Assembly: GCA_964476655.1 (NCBI GenBank)
Contig: CAYZBK010000001.1
Location: 34,054-98,053 of the forward strand
Origin: an uncultured Kangiella sp.
GTDB taxonomy: Bacteria > Pseudomonadota > Gammaproteobacteria > Enterobacterales > Kangiellaceae
Length of the DNA stretch: 64,000 bases
Direction of reading: 5' to 3'
Shown: positions 59,815-64,000 of the stretch, one piece after another
How the letters are laid out: each line of letters opens with the position of its first letter
Position numbering within the stretch: position 1 is the first letter of the stretch
Notes under the pieces: model-generated
Told to the model about the DNA's origin: nothing
The model's database searches: none
The model's input: the letters and a program-made list of their open reading frames with translations, nothing else
Position numbers and translations under genes: made by a program

Positions 59815-61020
59815 CTATATTTTAAACTGCGTAACGAGTTTAGATATTTTCTCTGATAACTGTTTAGCTTGCTCTGCGGCATTTGAAGTTTCATCAACTT
59901 GGCCAACAGATAAAGTACACAATTCATTCATTCTGACTACATTTCGATTAATGTCCTCAGCAACAGCCACTTGTTCTTCAGCGGCTGTGGCTATTTGAAT
60001 GGTCATATCGAGAGTATTAGAGATAGAGCTATCCATGACATTGAGGGCATCAAAAGTGTGGTTGCTATATTCTTCACTTTGGATGGCTTGTTTAGAACTG
60101 TTACTCATTGAGTTAACCGATTGCTTAGACGCCGATTGCAGTTTCTCAATCATAGTCTGTATTTCCTCAGTTGACGCTTGAGTTCGAGAAGCAAGCGTTC
60201 TAACTTCATCAGCTACTACCGCAAAACCGCGACCTTGTTCGCCAGCACGAGCCGCTTCAATAGCCGCGTTTAATGCCAATAAATTAGTTTGATCGGCAAT
60301 CTGCTTAATAACATCTAATACGCTTCCAATCGCATCACTGTCTTTTTCTAAGTTTGAAATACTAATTGAAGTTTCACTCACCAAACCAGCCAGCTCTTGA
60401 CTCGCTTGTTTGTTCTTTTCTGTTGCTGATTTTGCCGATTGAGAATTTTCACTAATTTGTTTTGTTGCCGAAGAGGTTAACTCAACGTTAGTTGCCACTT
60501 CATGAAGCGTCGCCTGCATTTCAGTCATCGCTGTCGCTAGTTGTTGAGTCTCGCTTTGTTGTGAAGATATAGCGCTTAATGTTTCTTTAGCAATGTCTCC
60601 AAGATGACAAGACACTCCAGTTAAATCTGAAGAAACACTGGTTAAACTAGTCACCATTTTTTCAACTTTAATGATGAATAAGTTAAATGACGCAGCCATA
60701 CGACTGATATCGTCTTCGCCATCAGCTTCTAGTCTTGTGGTTAAGTCTCCATCACCTTGGGAAAAATTATCCAGAGCAAAATTAATAGCATCAAAACGTT
60801 TTTGTATTGTTGCTTTGTAGGTAAGGAAAATAGCGATAAGTAGAACAATGCTTGTCACCAGAATGGTAGTAATAATAATGCCCGTTAGAGGTTTACCTGC
60901 AGCTATTTTTCCAAAGGGTTCAATCATAGCACTCAGTATTACTACGACTCCCGTAAGTGCTACAACCGGTAAAAGTAATTTCCAAAGAAGCTTTGAATTA
61001 TTCAAAACAGTGTCCCTCAT
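59815..61020 (-). CDS. Methyl-accepting chemotaxis protein without a periplasmic ligand-binding domain
   Basis: Highly conserved signalling hairpin [41 protein letters not shown]. Two TM helices are separated by only about 14 aa, followed by a HAMP-like segment. 401 aa. Confidence 0.9.
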   Translation of the reverse strand: MRDTVLNNSKLLWKLLLPVVALTGVVVILSAMIEPFGKIAAGKPLTGIIITTILVTSIVLLIAIFLTYKATIQKRFDAINFALDNFSQGDGDLTTRLEADGEDDISRMAASFNLFIIKVEKMVTSLTSVSSDLTGVSCHLGDIAKETLSAISSQQSETQQLATAMTEMQATLHEVATNVELTSSATKQISENSQSAKSATEKNKQASQELAGLVSETSISISNLEKDSDAIGSVLDVIKQIADQTNLLALNAAIEAARAGEQGRGFAVVADEVRTLASRTQASTEEIQTMIEKLQSASKQSVNSMSNSSKQAIQSEEYSNHTFDALNVMDSSISNTLDMTIQIATAAEEQVAVAEDINRNVVRMNELCTLSVGQVDETSNAAEQAKQLSEKISKLVTQFKI

Positions 61021-61073
61021 AATTAATTAAAAAGTGCTTAATATGAAGTGTAGTCTAGGAACTGGATTTTTAC

Positions 61074-62384
61074 CTAATAGCCATCTGAAAATAATACTAA
61101 TTGCACTCCTTGCATTGACCAAGGTGCTCTACCACCAGTAGGGATAGGCATTTGAGCATATTTTAATTGACCGTTTTCATTTTTTTCATTGTTCAAACAA
61201 TGAACCATATGGTTTATAAATTCGCTGGCAGCAATCTCAGTTTTCCAACTTCTATAACCATCCGGCCAAGTTAATGTCATTTCTCTTGGCCGAGTCCCCC
61301 CCCATCCTGGAATTGTTCCAAGGTCTGAAAAACGATCTTCTAAAGAATCATAACCAGCTTCAACTAATAAAAAATCTAAGCGAGAAATGATTGAAGTAGA
61401 AACTCGGCTGTTCCAACAAATCATTGGAGTTCTACCTTTTTCATTATTCAGCCAATGAGTCGCAAAGGAAGCAATTAGTGACCAACCACTATTCATTTTT
61501 GCTTTAGAATTACAATCTTTTGTTAATGCTGTTTTCATCACCGCATAAATATTTTGCCAAGTGACTTCCTTTTGAGGCGTTCCTGCTTGTAAAAAAATCT
61601 CTTCAGTTGTTTTTACTGCAAGTTCTTTATCTTCTTCACTCCACTCAATGCCATTTTCAATGCCTTTGGCTAAAATCGCAGCTCGATACATTAAAGCATC
61701 AGAACCATGTGCAACCTGCATTAAACCATTTCGAGGTTTAGGCCAAAAAAATGACTCTAATCTGTCATGCCAACTGCTGACGGAATCAGCCACAGCCACC
61801 CGCTGGTACATTGGAGTAAAGGGGTCTTCATCAATCCAAGCAACTAACGCTTTGGCAAAGTCTTCATCGGGTGCAGTTTTATCAGGAACTAGCGGAGGAT
61901 AAATATCTTCACCAATAACTTCTAAACCTGCATCATCAATAATAACAGGCTCACTACTTGGTGTTTCAATATCGGCTTGAATTCTTGCCTCAGCATTAGC
62001 GGTAAACATGTCTTGTTCTAAAAAGGTTAACGAGTCCCAATAATCAAGTGCTTGATCCGTTAATCTCACACCTTCAGCATGTTCTTCATCTGCCAGCTTA
62101 GTCTGACGAATCACATCAGGATTCATAAGAAAGAATGCTTTATCAACTTGAGAGTTATCTCTAAAGGACCATGGCACCATTAATCTTGCCGCAACTTCAA
62201 CACAAAACCTTTCACCACCATTAATGATTTCAAAAAGTTTTGCATCACTTTGGCCAATTGGCATTTTACCTTTGCGCCATGCTTCATGATCACCAAAGCG
62301 TTTAAACCAAACTTTCCATGCTCCTATAAAAAGGGCTTTAGGGACTTGAAAGTGATCGGCTTGTGGAAAAATCATCTTTTTCAT
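61074..62384 (-). CDS. Hypothetical cytoplasmic protein, no recognisable family
   Basis: 436-aa uninterrupted ORF with an ATG start and no signal or TM segment. It is Trp-rich and acidic. I recognise no motif. Confidence 0.55.
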   Translation of the reverse strand: MKKMIFPQADHFQVPKALFIGAWKVWFKRFGDHEAWRKGKMPIGQSDAKLFEIINGGERFCVEVAARLMVPWSFRDNSQVDKAFFLMNPDVIRQTKLADEEHAEGVRLTDQALDYWDSLTFLEQDMFTANAEARIQADIETPSSEPVIIDDAGLEVIGEDIYPPLVPDKTAPDEDFAKALVAWIDEDPFTPMYQRVAVADSVSSWHDRLESFFWPKPRNGLMQVAHGSDALMYRAAILAKGIENGIEWSEEDKELAVKTTEEIFLQAGTPQKEVTWQNIYAVMKTALTKDCNSKAKMNSGWSLIASFATHWLNNEKGRTPMICWNSRVSTSIISRLDFLLVEAGYDSLEDRFSDLGTIPGWGGTRPREMTLTWPDGYRSWKTEIAASEFINHMVHCLNNEKNENGQLKYAQMPIPTGGRAPWSMQGVQLVLFSDGY

Positions 62385-62628
62385 CGAATGTTCCTGAAGG
62401 TTAATTGCTGATGTATCTATCTAATATTAAAGGTTTATTACTAAATTTCAACGCTTTTCACGTTTTGTTATGATCTCAGTTAAATATAGCCTATAGAAAA
62501 AATATTAATACCTTTTTATAGTCTTTATCAATTCAGCATTATCCTTGTATGCCATTTATTAATAAATTAGGGTAAAATGCGGCACTTAACTTAAAGTGAC
62601 AATTTAAACACCGCACTTGATTGACTAA

Positions 62629-64000
<1,372 letters not shown>

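Noticed and set aside
62451-62468. A PurR-box-like sequence ACGCTTTTCACGTTTTGT upstream of purB, and a second candidate GCAAACAATGGTTTC (minus strand, 48062-48076) upstream of purF.
   Set aside because: Neither keeps the central AAACGTTT palindrome of the PurR operator consensus. The second has a 3-nt insertion in the core. I also cannot tell whether this organism has PurR.

Overview
The window is an AT-rich chromosomal segment from a gammaproteobacterium. The taxon call rests on gene content and synteny: clpA-clpS/cspD/icd/rluE, folC-dedD-cvpA-purF, and trpS-scpA-scpB-rluB. Most of it is housekeeping. This includes monomeric isocitrate dehydrogenase, gltX, a 7-gene Entner-Doudoroff/pgi string, ggt, purF, folC, acnB, trpS, a partial purB, and two tRNAs, Arg-CCT and Val-TAC.

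Two accessory modules stand out. (1) Positions 4623-20077 hold a 17-gene, tightly overlapping, single-strand aryl-polyene (APE)-type type II PKS cluster. By gene order and domains it corresponds to apeC through apeR. It carries an extra MIO-type aromatic ammonia-lyase and has no methyltransferase. (2) Positions 22764-29257 hold a co-directional envelope module with no established function. It encodes an M23 peptidase, then a single 803-aa fusion of a periplasmic transglutaminase-like domain, 7 TM helices and a cytoplasmic RimK-type ATP-grasp ligase, then a membrane-anchored TPR protein, then an outer-membrane beta-barrel. I think this is the most likely undescribed system. I interpret it as a synthase-dependent trans-envelope machine for an ATP-grasp-made peptide or poly-amino-acid product.

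Smaller observations:
- The ammonia-lyase has an unusual Phe-His selectivity dyad.
- TrpRS is a long form carrying a Cys4 (Fe-S type) motif.
- A large propeller sensor ends in a degenerate GGDEF domain.
- An 11-bp x3 repeat with a Shine-Dalgarno-like core sits in front of a TTG-initiated gene.
- There is a Trp-rich 436-aa orphan ORF.

I saw no CRISPR array, IS element, transposase, integrase, prophage or rRNA. All calls come from reading the sequence and translations by eye. No database search, GC or codon statistics, or structure prediction could be run.
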